NCBI GenBank assembly: GCA_026936335.1
Contig: JAPMXV010000045.1
Location: forward strand, 62,001 to 126,000
Length of the DNA: 64,000 nucleotides
Origin: Mantamonas sphyraenae STR306
Lineage: Eukaryota; Protista; CRuMs
Direction: 5' to 3'
Below, in pieces: positions 52,401 through 64,000 of the stretch (positions are counted from its first letter, which is position 1; each line of letters opens with the position of its first letter). The notes below the pieces were generated by a model that did no database searches, was not told where the DNA came from, and worked only from the letters and a program-made list of their open reading frames with translations. The translations under genes and the position numbers were made by a program.

Positions 52401-52829
52401 TGGGAGGCAGTGGTGATGATGCGCAAGCTGCTCTTTGTGATGGTGCTGAACTTTTTGAGTCGCCACACGGTGTTCCAGACGACACTGGGTCTCGGTGTGC
52501 TGTATGCGTGTTATGATGCCACAAAGGCCGCTTCTCCACACAAACGACGCAGTGCACAACTGGTGGACCTGACACTGCAATTTTGCGCGTGCATCGTGCT
52601 GTTTTGTGGCATCCTGTTTTTCGCAAACGGGTTCGTCAACGAACTGCAACGCCAGATTGTGATTTACGCCACGGTGGGTACGGTATTAGGAGGATCGGTG
52701 GTGGCCATAGGGGTGACTATCTGGGGTGTGTGGCGGGGCGAAGTAGCGGCGGAAGAGTTGGAGGGTACTTCAGAGGAGGCGATGATCATGGAGATGCAGA
52801 AGATGGAAAGCGTGGCGGGAAGAGAGTAA
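49484..52829 (+). CDS. Cys-rich receptor paralog B
   Basis: Exon 1 MKRTRVTLHI; introns 49515-49596 and 50249-50317 at positions equivalent to paralog A. Collinear protein. Confidence 0.85.
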
Positions 52830-53195
52830 CCCCATTGGCAACAAGGACTTCAATCCAACGATGTTGATGGTAGCCACCGTCCAGGTTGGAGTGCTTCATT
52901 TGGAGTTTGCGCGTTGAAACTAGCAACAGAGACACGCTGAATCCCGAGAGGCCAACTTAGTGCATTTAGGAATTCCTCTTCATCATCAGTTCGATCTCAG
53001 CTGACAAAGACACCCAGGGAGCGTTCACCGAGGACAATTTGGTTGCGTTGGGTTTGCACGACGGCACAAGGAGGTGGGATTTAGATGAACTGCGGATGTC
53101 GAATGATGAAAGGTAGGGGGAGTTGGGAGATGAGATGCGCTGTGGAGAGCATAGTTATACACAGTACAGCTCTCATTGAGCACCCAATCACCCTA

Positions 53196-55857
53196 TCACC
53201 ACTCGAGGTCGTCGTTGACACGGTTCAACCCACGTCCTGTGATGTGTTCAAGCATCACCCTCTGTTCGACTTGGGCCACAAGCTTCTTGGTGGCGACCAG
53301 CACGTCGGGGTTGACACTGATGGCATCGATGCCCTCCCTGACCAGAAACTCGCAAAACTCGGGGAAGAAGCTGGGTGCGTTGCCACAGATGCTCACCGTC
53401 TTGCCTGCCTTGTGCGCCGTCTGGATCAGTTTGGCAATCATGCGCTTGACGGCAAGGTTGCGTTCGTCGGCCAGGTCGGCCAGGAGTTCCGAGTCACGAT
53501 CAATGCCCAACGTGAGCATGGTGAGGTCGTTGGAGCCGATGGAGTACCCATCCACGTACTTGTTGAACTTGTCCGCCAGGATGATGTTGGATGGAATCTC
53601 TGCCATGAGGTACAGCGAGAAATCGTCGTCATCACGTGACAAGCCGGCATCCTCCATCATTCGGGTCACCTTTTTGCACTCGGCCACCGTTCGGCAAAAG
53701 GGAATCATGACGGTGAGGTTGGTGAGGCCAAACTCCTCCCGCACCGTGCGAATGGCCTCCAACTCCAGCAGAAAGGCAGGCTTGAACTTGGGATCGTAGT
53801 AGCGACTGCATCCACGCCATCCCAGCAGGGGCGACGGTTCCTTGGGCTCAAACGAGGAGCCACCGGTGAGGCCCGAGTACTCGGACGACTTGAAGTCGCT
53901 GAGACGCAGGACCACCTTGCGGGGCCAGAAGGCAGCACACACTTTGCGAACAGCCTCACTCAGGATGGCCACCACCTCATCGCCACGTCCCTCGGCAATC
54001 ATGGCCAACGGGTGCGCAGAGATGTACGTGCCAAAGATGAACTCCTCACGCAGCAGACCAATGCCATCGCAGGGCAGACGTGCGTATTTCTCTGCCAGCT
54101 GAGGGTCGCTGATGTTCATGTACACCTTGGTGCCCGTGACAGGCACCTGTTCGGCGAGCATCTGGGCGGCCGCGGAGAGATCGGCGCTGCTTGCGATGTG
54201 CTGCTCGGCCTCAACCTCACCCTGCATCTTCTTGGCCACCTCTGCAAGGATGCCCTTGTAGATGATGCCACTGCTGGCGTCGACAGTGACCCAGTCGCCG
54301 GTCTTGATTGCGTCGGTGGCCGACGTGCCCTTGTTGCGTGTGCCCACACACGCAGGCAATCCCAGCTCACGGGCCACAATGGCTGCGTGGCATGTCTTGC
54401 CACCGCTGTTGGTCACAATGGCAATGGATCGGCGTGTGACCGGCACCCAATCCGGGTCGGTCATCTCTGTGATCAGCACGGAGCCACTCTCGAATGTGCT
54501 CAGCACATGGTTCTTCCACTGCCGTTCCACCTCCTCTGCCTCCTCCTTCTTCCCCGCCAGCTCCAACTCCCTCATCTGTGCGTTGATGTCATCCTTGGGG
54601 AACACCTGTGCGCGTCCGCTGACCAATCCAGGCGAGGCAGAGATGCCCTTGCACACCACCTCTCGCTCCTCGGTGATGTTGGCCAAGAACTCGTCCTCAA
54701 ACTGCGATGCATCGATCCCCTGTGTGAACTTGCGTGTGTGCTTGCCCGTCGTTCGGCCCTGCTCCTGCTTCTGTTGCATCTTCGCCGACCACACCGTCTC
54801 TGGACGCGCCTGGACAATCCACAGCTTGTTTGTGCGCTCGTCAAGGCACCATTCGATGTCCATGGGACGTCCGTAGTGTTTGTGGATGAGGACGGCGTAG
54901 CCTGCCAATTCCACCACCTGTTCCTCGGTGATGCAGGGCTGGTTGACCCACTCTTCCGGGACGGCCACCTCTTCCGTGCCCCCATCCTCCTTGCGAGCCA
55001 ACATGATGTGCAAGGGACTGACGTCACTCTCCACCACGGTCAGAGTCTGCTTGTCCACCACAAAGTTGTGCGGGGCCACCTTGCCACCCACCACAAACTC
55101 GCCCAGTCCGTATGCTCCCTCAATGTCCACCACACTCTGGTCTCCCGTGGCCAGCGACAGGGTGAACATGACGCCTGCAGCCTGCGAAAAGACCATCATC
55201 TGCACCACCGCCGACAACGAAACGTCCATGTGCGTGAACCCCTGCTGCACACGGTAGTAGATGGCACGGTCGGTGAACAACGACGCATAGCACTCGTGGA
55301 TCTTGCGGATCAGGTCCTTGCGTGTCACGTTGAGAAATGTGTCCTGTTGTCCTGCAAACGAGGCCCCCGGCAGATCCTCGGCTGTGGCTGACGATCGCAC
55401 AGCCACATAGGGGTCCCCTTCACCTCCACTGGCCTGGTAGCGTTGTGCCAGTTCCTCGTAGCTCTCCTCAAAGGCCTGCACCAGCTCCTCGGGCATCTCT
55501 GCGGCCAACACCAGCTCTCGGCAAGTCTTGCCCACCTTTTGCAGCAGGACGGCGTCCTCGGGGTCCTTGAGGGAGGCCAGTGTGGCCGTGAGGTCCTTGC
55601 GAAGGGTGCCTTGGGCCATGAACAGATCGTGGGCGTGCTTGGTGGTGGCAAAGCCGTAGGGCACAGGCACCCCCTCCAGTTTGGAGGACATCTCACCCAA
55701 GGATGCACTCTTGCCACCCACCAATGGCACGTCGTCGATGGTGATTTCCTCAAACCAGAGCACAGGCATGCTTTTGTGCTCCTCCAACACCACCGACTTG
55801 GCTGCCTTCATCAGCGTCGTTTCTCCAATCTTGGGTGTGGTTGTCATTGATCGCTGC

Positions 55858-55888
<31 letters not shown>

Positions 55889-55997
55889 GTTGTGGGTGTG
55901 CACGGATCACTTGGGTCCATCAGCGCACCGTCCGCGGACGAGGAAAACTCACTTTGCGCAAACTTCGAGAACTTCCTCCAACTTTCGATGCCATCAT
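53196..55997 (-). CDS. ppsA: Phosphoenolpyruvate synthase (pyruvate, water dikinase), prokaryote-type
   Basis: VGGKSASLGEM, VAVRSSATAEDLPGASFAGQQDT, DIEW, VQARPETV, GGKTCHAAIVARELG (phospho-His), SIGSNDL, SICG. Exon 1 55953-55997, intron 55854-55952. Confidence 0.93.
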
Positions 55998-56089
55998 GGC
56001 CCTCCCATCACACGCACAACGCCATGCACGACCAACAACGATTCATCAAGAGAGTGTGCAACGAAACGTTTGCATTCCTCCAGCACACT

Positions 56090-57683
56090 TCACTGCAGAG
56101 TGATGTCTACGGTGTTGCTTTCCTCGTCGACACTGGCATGGGGTGAACCGAGCAACCTGCGGCCAGAGGAGAGACGAAAGAAGCGTTCTGCGTTGCGTGT
56201 GGTTGTCTCGCATGCCAGCTTGGGGGTGACTGCCCATTGCTCAGCCACCAGCTCAGCCACCAGGGGCAACACACAGGGCTCGTTGCGGATGCGACCTTTG
56301 TGCACCCCGCGTTTGGGATACATGTACGGTGCGTCCGTTTCAATCATGAGTTTGTCCTGTGGGATGAGTGAGGTCATGGCCAACACAGCCTCACCCCTGT
56401 TCTGGATCCCAATGAAGCCCGTGAGGCCGATGAAGAAGCCTCGTTCCACATACACCTCCAGCTCCTCCTTCTTGCCTGTGAAACAGTGCACACACACTTC
56501 GGGCAGGCCTTGCTCACGATAGTCGTCCAGCACGGCCACAAAGTCCTCGTGGGCGTCCCTCTCGTGCAGGAAGAGGGGCAACTGCAACTCGATGGCCAAC
56601 TCCACCTGTGCACGGAAGCTCTTGAGCTGTGCCTCCTTGGGACTCATCATGCGATTGTAGTCCAAACCTGTCTCACCCACAGCCACCACCACGTCCAGGT
56701 TGTCCGTGATCAGCGTACGCAGCTCCTCGACGGTGTTCTCCCCCCGCCAAAGTCGCGTGCGTTGTGTGGATGGATGCCCACTGTGGTGTAGACACAGTCC
56801 TGCCACGCCGACTTGCGTGCCAGGGCAATCCCCTCCCGCGAGTTTTTCACTGTGGTGCCAGTGTTGATGAGCCGGGACACGTTCTTGTCTCGAGCGTTCT
56901 GGATCACAACCTGCACGTCGTCCTTGAAGTTTCTTGCCGTCAAGTTGACCCCAATGTCCACCAATTCAGCATCTGCCACGTCGATGTAGGCCGGTTCCAC
57001 GGCCAGTTCCTTGTTCGAATGGCCTCCGCGTTTGCTGCGTTTCTTCTCGGAAATCTTGCCCTCACCGTCCTGCTTGCCCTTGCCCTGTTTCTTTCCCCCA
57101 TGCTGCCCCCCGTGCTCTTTCTTTGACTTTGCGCCTCCTGAGCTATGTCCGCTTGATGATGACGACGAGCCCGCCCCGCCGCTTCCGCCTTCGCTGTCCT
57201 TCGACTTGATCCTGCGATTGCGTCGCCGCTTTCCTCGCGATGCACTCTTTTCCTCAGCCTTCTTTGCCTTTTGTGCCTCCTTGGTCACCTTGAACTCGAT
57301 ACTGGCCTGCTTTTTCAGGTTATGATTTTTCTGTGTGTTGTTGGTTGCGCCTCCTGAGCTATGTCCGCTTGATGACGACGACGAGCCCGCCCCGCCGTTT
57401 CCACCTTCGCTGTCCTTTGACTTCACCCTGCGATTGCGTCGCCGCTTTCCTCGCGATGTGCTCTTTTCCTCAGCGCTCTTTGCCTTCTGTGTCTCCTTGG
57501 TCACCTTGAACTCGACGCTGGCTTGCTTTTTCAGGCTACGGATTTCTGGTGAGTTTGTTGTTGATCAATGCCGCTGGAATTGCCAGCATCGCGCTTGTCC
57601 ATTCGCCCCAGCACTTACAACTTGGCAGCCTTGCCCTGTGTTTCCGAATGCCCCTGTTGGGTGGATGATTGTGTGCTTGACAT
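56090..57683 (-). CDS. tatD: TatD-family nuclease with basic duplicated N-terminal extension (apparent frameshift at 56740-56745)
   Basis: DIGVNL, GIHPH, VGETGLDY, LPLFLHER, VHCFTG, IETDAPY, RNEP. Inferred intron 57536-57618. Confidence 0.88.
57131..57535. repeat. 216-bp (72-aa) tandem duplication in TatD N-terminus
   Basis: 57131-57320 matches 57347-57535 (LKKQAS.EFKVTKE...RGKRRRNRR...SSGHSSGGA). Confidence 0.9.
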
Positions 57684-57981
57684 GATTTGATGGATGCATT
57701 GGCGCATGAGAACACCATGCAACACGCGTCTCAGGGTCATCCCATGCCCCTACCCAGGGAACAGGGGAAGGAGGGAATGACAAGGGCCAACCTGTCACAG
57801 CGGCGGCTGGGTTTGGGTGACCCCAAAGTCGGATGCGGGGTGGCTGCGCGAGGCAAGGCAGAACTTTTCCAATCGACCTAAAACCGGACGGACAAGACAG
57901 ACAAAGCAAAGAGTACCCCACAACGACCAAACTCTACGCCCTAAGGGTATTCATTGTATTTAAATCACCAAAGACCTCATC

Positions 57982-60255
57982 ATGGCAAAGCAGAAAGTGA
58001 AAATCCACAGCTTCGGCTGTATCGAAAGCATCAGCGTGTGCATTGCGTCGAATCGACACCACAAGTCGTACGTTGCCTCCCCTATGTGTCTACTCGGCAT
58101 GGTCCGAGTTTGTGCGAGTGTGCATGCACGCCCGAGCCGTGCGGAGCGATCGGAGGCGAAAAAAGGGGTCAACCCTCGAGCGTTTTTTTCCCCGGGCGTT
58201 CCGCGCGGATTTTTCCTGAGCAAACGCAAGAGTGCGGCCCACACCGCATGGGGGCATGCAGAGAGGAAGAAAAGGGTACTGACACGCGTGCATACACGTT
58301 TACAGACGCTTGTACCCCATCGGATACCACAGGTGAGTCGGACGCGAGCGCAGACGACGCGAGCAGCGAGTTGCGGGAGAGAAAAAGAAAACGCTCGAAG
58401 GCGCCTCGAGTGACGCGAAATGACGTGGCGCATGCCTGAAGGGAGCATGCACATGGGAGAACAGTGCATGGGCATGTGTGTGGTGTATGACAGGAGTGCA
58501 GGCAGCTGCATGGAAGTTGTGCCACGCACTCTGGAGTTTGGGGCGGTGGGCGGTGGGAGACGTTTTTGGTCGGGGAGACGGAATTCGCGAAGAGTTTGCT
58601 CTGCATCTCCGGCGAAAGACAAGACGGGTGTACATAGCGTGAGGGAGGGCAGGCACATGGCAGGCACTGACACCAAAGGCGACACCATGGGTGTATACAT
58701 GTGTGCGGACGATGCACGGGCGGCTCACAGTTCGCGAACGTTCAAGGACGAGCGCGTGGACATGTACATTGAAAAGACGGAGCGCGGCGAGCTGCAGTTC
58801 CGGATTGAAACGGAAAGTGGGCTGCAGTCGGCAGCCACGTCGCCGTCTGCGGCGTGGGCACCGCTGTCCAACCAGAGTGGGCCGCAAATGTACGGCCTGG
58901 AAGACCCACAGGTGCGCGAGCAGCTGTTGGAGATGTTCAACACGTGGTGTGCAGAGCAGAAGGCCAAGAACCCTCGCTTCGTGGCACCCGCCATTGACAA
59001 GCCGCACCAGCATACGGTGCGCAAGAAGACAAAGCACGGAAGCGACGCACACGCGCAGCAGCAACAGCAAGAACGGGATCGATCGCCCAGTACAGTGGGC
59101 AGCCGACGAAGCCGACGCCGCAGCAAGGGCCCTTCGCCAACACGTGGCAGCACCAGCAGCAGCACCAGCAACAGTGGTGGTGGTGGTGGTGGTGTGGGTG
59201 GCAAGAACACGCCGCGCAAGCGAGCACGGGTTTCCTCGACTGACTCGATGGAAACGGAACCGTATGTGGAGGGGCTGGAGTTGATGAGCCCAGAGGAGGA
59301 GCAGCAGAAGGAGCTGGACGTGAACGATATGATGTACAAAGTGTACAGTAAGAGCGAAAGCATGCGCTCGTGCAAGAACACCGACGACGACAATGACAAC
59401 GACAACGACAACGACAACGACCAGTCGTTGCGTCGAAGCAGCCGCCGTCGTGCTCAGCAGGCCCAACGGCAGATGAGCATTGACGACGAGCAGGCACAGG
59501 AGTTGAAACAGGCACCCATGCCCACCGAACTGCGGTTTGGCAAGAGCAGCAAGGAGCGACGACACCACCAGCAGCAGAAGCAGCCGAAGCAGGACTCCAT
59601 GGACACCATGGACTCCATGGACAACGCACAGCTGGCCACTCGAGGACGCAAGCGCAGCCTAGAGTCGATGCAGGCTGTGGATGACCTGTTCCGCAAGGAG
59701 AGTGCGCCGCGTGCTGCCCTGTTGACGGTGGACAAACTCATGGCCATGATGCCCAAGGAACTTCCCTCGGTGGCTTCTGCCAGCGAGCGACAGGAGTGGG
59801 ACGACGACGACACGTCCACCACGGTGGGAAAGAAGGCACGCAAGCAAAGCAGCAACAAGCTGTCGCGTGACGAGTCTTCCAACAGCCTCACCGGCCTGTT
59901 CTCACCCACCCTCAAGATGCAGCTGCGCTTCGAGATGCACTCTCCGCTCGACCTGGGCATGGATCTCGAAGTGGATGCCGTGGACGACTCGGCCACCGAT
60001 CGCTATGTGCTGGACGAGGACGATGCGGCTCTGCTCAAGGGACAGCACTCGTGGGAGGCCGACGTGGCCGCCAGCGTCGACAACGACGACCTCCTCAACT
60101 TCTTTGCCCTGGCCCCACTGGCCAAGCAGGGCCACAGCGAAGACGAACTGAAGGAGAAGAGTGCAAACCAGGCCAAAGGAATGGCCGAGATGCGCTACAC
60201 TCCCCTCTTTGATCTCTACGGCGCAGGCGACTTTGTCAACGCCTCACGGGACTGA
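57982..60255 (+). CDS. FYR (FYRN/FYRC) domain protein with long low-complexity C-terminus
   Basis: Spliced VKIHSFGCI..., 27-nt micro-exon 58306-58332 RLYPIGYH, then FRIE..SPSAAW..SGPQMYGLEDPQVREQL. Introns 58068-58305 and 58333-58730. Confidence 0.75.
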
Positions 60256-60613
60256 ATGAATGATTGGAATGCAACCATGCTCCCTTTGTACTTGTTTGTT
60301 GGGCCGGCGCAATCGACGACCAGACACAATGTGTGGGTGTGGTGGTGTGGTGTGGCACGCGTTGTCCTGCATCTGCGTCCCAGTCACATCCCATCCCCAT
60401 GCATCATTGCATGTGTGCCATCCCACCCCTCATCCCATCCCATGTCAACCATCCACCACCCTCCTCTCATCCATCCCCACCCTCATCAATTCCTCCTTCT
60501 TATCCATGCCTCCCTTATCCACCCGCCCCACCCCGCGAATTCCGCCCCCACCCACCCGTCTTCAAAAGCAAAGCCGCCCACACTGCCCCACTCCCACCAA
60601 CTCAACCAAATAA

Positions 60614-61390
<777 letters not shown>

Positions 61391-61654
61391 AGAGGGAGGG
61401 CCAAGGAGAGCAGGAAGCAAGCAAGCAAGCAAGGAAGGAGAACCACGGATGGGGTGGTTGGGTCACTGGCAGACAGATTGTGCTGGAGGAAAGCCAGCAC
61501 CTGTGGGTGTTCCAGGCACCGATGAACAGAGCGGAGGACCCTAATGTATTTCATTTTTTGACAGCGACACAGCATTGCATTGCATTGTGTGACAATCCTG
61601 CCAGGCAGCTGCAGTGGCAGATCATTGTGCATTGGGTGGTTGTGATGGGATGGA

Positions 61655-61770
61655 TCAGCCACGGTTTGCACTGTCTCCGTCCTTGTCCAACAGGTGCACC
61701 ATCATCTCATCCATCCTTCCATACTCCTCCTCATCGTCATCTACTCAATGCCACACCCCCAAGATTGATC
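61655..61770 (-). pseudogene. Orphan 3'-tail fragment of the beta-helix receptor gene (..RMDEMMVHLLDKDGDSANRG*)
   Basis: Matches 42425-42536 with a 4-nt insertion near 61746. Confidence 0.85.
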
Positions 61771-61893
61771 TGCTCCAGAAAGGACTGGATCATGTACCCG
61801 AGCCCCGATATAATGCTATAAATTTTGATTCAGGTGGGAATCTGTCGACCATTGTGGGGATGCTTATTTTCATCTCAATCAAAATTAATACCT

Positions 61894-63407
61894 TCATTTG
61901 GGGGCGGCCGGTGTGGGTAGGCCATGCAGGTTGCCAAGGAACGCAATGGTTACAAGGAACACATAAACGACGCGGAGGACAAGTTTCGGTGTCATGCTGA
62001 CCCCGCCAAGAACAAGACCGAGTCGTTGGCGGTCGAGAGTCTGGCCGAGCTCGGTCAGCTGCTGCTGGCGCAGGATGAGGTGGGAGAGGGCCACAGGGTC
62101 GCTCAAGTGATGCTCTGCATCCCATTGAGATGACCCGTTGGTGCCCAGCATGTTGGAATACTGCAGCTGGGCGGCTACAAAGCGTTGGCGTATGGTTTGG
62201 CATTCGCTGGTGACGTAGGCAGTGGGCACCAAAAGGACGAGGAGACAGAAAGTGTTGAGATCACAATGGCATACATGCCGCCGGTGTGAGTGAGGCTCGT
62301 GGGGTCAGAGAGGACAGCAGCAATGCCGTATCCGAGGGTGGAGACGTTGATGAGGGCCCATGGAGCAAAGATGGCAGTCATCATGATGCTGCTGGCCTGC
62401 ATGCGCCAAGCAAGCACGGTGTGTGTGACGGTGACCTGCGGATCCATTCGGGCTGTTGGGAGGGCTGTGTGGGCACGTTGTCGATGCCACACAGGTGGTT
62501 GTTGACCTCCATGCTGAGCACCATGGAAAAGTAAGCGTAGACAAAGAGACTGAGGAAGCCAATCATGTACGGGATCACCGATCCCACCATGTGCACAGTC
62601 CAAAACTCAAAGACGGTGACGCCGTAGCCAGCGGGGCCGATGATGAGGGTGCTGACCTTTCACGGCGATGACAATGAGCCAACATCCAAGGACGGGCCAA
62701 TGCAATCGTGCCACAATGGGATGGTGGGGACCCACAGCGTCCACCAGACCCAGGAGCACCCTGGGCAACATCTTCCGGGAGATGCTGTACAGGGTGAGCA
62801 TCAACACGGTGACATAGACGGGAAACAGGGTGCTTGCCATGCGTCTGATGGTGGGTGGCACAGCAGCACCACTGTACATGGCAGGGGTCATAAAGACGGT
62901 GAGGAGAAGGACGGCCAGGCTGTAGAGGAGCTTAAGGAAACGGATGGGGGCTGAGGAACCGGGGGGAAGGAGGAGGTCGAGACGGGTGCGCGAGGTAAAG
63001 GCACGCACCGCACGTCCCATGCTGTATGGATGGTACTCTGTGATACGATCCACCCACACGGGGTGACAGAAGGGAACCTCGGACACAGAGAGCTCCTTCT
63101 TGTCAAAGCGACGACGCAGCGGCGCCAATTCCTCACCCGGCCAAAAGCCAAACAGGTTGAGGGTGCGAAAGAGGAGCATCACAGGCCATGGCCACTGTTC
63201 CACACGCTTGTGTGCATTCCCATCCTCATTGTCATCCACACCATTGGCATGATGCACCCCCATCATCACCTCCAGCGCCACCTGCCCCTGCTCCTCCTCC
63301 TCCTCCTCCTCCTGCTCACCATACCCTACGCCTGCGTTGCCATCATCATCACCATCATCACCATCATCATCCTGGTCACCCAACAGTGGTTGTTTGGCAT
63401 CCTTCAT
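61894..63407 (-). CDS. Gustatory-receptor-like (GRL/7TMIC, DUF3537-like) membrane protein, three apparent frameshifts
   Basis: Four overlapping ORF pieces join at ~62659, ~62438 and ~62250. Acidic N-terminus, LNLFGFWP, ~7 hydrophobic segments, C-terminal LGLVLGGVSMTPKLVLRVVYVF. Confidence 0.6.
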
Positions 63408-63413
63408 CGCCAG

Positions 63414-63444
<31 letters not shown>

Positions 63445-63501
63445 GGCAGCGCAGGAGCAGACACAACAAACAACTTGCCCTCCTAATCTTTGTGCAGCAG
63501 G

Positions 63502-64000
63502 ATGTACGGCATGGGTATGGGCATGGGCATGGGTGGCATGGGTGGTATGGGTGGCATGGGTGGCATGGGTGGCATGGGAGGCATGGGAGGCATGCAACAG
63601 ATGATGGGGGGTGACGGCGGATCGCCGGGACCGAACCTGTACGTGGGCAACCTGCACGTGGACGTGGACGAGCAAATGCTCACCAGCGTGTTTTCACGTT
63701 GTGGCCCTGTGGAGTCGGCACGCATCATGCGACACAAGGACGTAGGTTGGTGGTGGTGGAAGGGAGGGGGGGGGCAAGAAGGAGGTGGAGGAAGAGGGAC
63801 ACACTCACGCACTCACACACACACCACACACACACAGAGCAACAAGAGCCAGGGCTACGGCTTTGTGGTGTACGGAGCAGCCGAGTCGGCCATGATGGCC
63901 ATGGAAACCCTGAATGGGGAGATGCTGATGGGCATGGTATGGGAGCGACGGGCAGGCGGAACGGAAAGCGGGCCATGCGCAGAGTGTGTGGGCGCGCGCG
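63502..64000 (+). CDS. RRM RNA-binding protein with GGM-repeat N-terminus (partial)
   Basis: RNP2 LYVGNL, RNP1 QGYGFVVY. Intron 63742-63837; next donor at 63937. Confidence 0.88.
   Translation, partial: MYGMGMGMGMGGMGGMGGMGGMGGMGGMGGMQQMMGGDGGSPGPNLYVGNLHVDVDEQMLTSVFSRCGPVESARIMRHKDVGWWWWKGGGGQEGGGGRGTHSRTHTHTTHTQSNKSQGYGFVVYGAAESAMMAMETLNGEMLMGMVWERRAGGTESGPCAECVGAR

Noticed and set aside
52985-53005. tRNA from the GTTCGATC motif
   Set aside because: No cloverleaf can be built around it.
54500-54600. Intein in PEP synthase (insertion in the swivel domain)
   Set aside because: Only ~30 aa, helical and charged, with no Cys/Ser start or His-Asn end.
56740-56745. Programmed frameshift or pseudogenisation of TatD
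   Set aside because: Falls in a G6 homopolymer and all motifs are intact on both sides.
63505-63595. CRISPR-like or regulatory 9-bp repeat
   Set aside because: Simply encodes GGM low-complexity repeats of the RRM protein.

Overview
Gene-dense, GC-rich nuclear DNA of a flagellated unicellular eukaryote. It has short GT-AG spliceosomal introns (GTNNGT donors, CTGAC/CTAAC branch points, CA/GT microsatellites) and intergenic gaps mostly of 8-260 bp; the species cannot be named from the sequence. 1-30 kb is mostly housekeeping: CFAP54, a response-regulator/degenerate-PDE fusion, an LRR-ankyrin protein, SDHA, a degenerate glutaminase, NAD kinase, DRG2, SPATA20 and PA200. 30.5-62 kb is a rearranged surface-receptor neighbourhood with five genes sharing one multi-pass TM module. 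Two are tandem Pmp-like beta-helix genes, ~99% identical except for a sharply bounded ~0.9 kb hypervariable ectodomain block. Two are head-to-head Cys-rich paralogs. A ~1.47 kb inverted duplication carrying Ras brackets 16.4 kb that also holds a BTB gene, a prokaryote-type PEP synthase with a presequence-like exon, TatD and an FYR-domain gene. Four recombinant copies of the receptor gene tail mark the junctions. The window ends with a gustatory-receptor-like gene and an RRM gene. Five single-base frameshifts at short homopolymers look like long-read errors. Several long introns fold like H/ACA snoRNAs. All alignments, identities and folds were done by eye.
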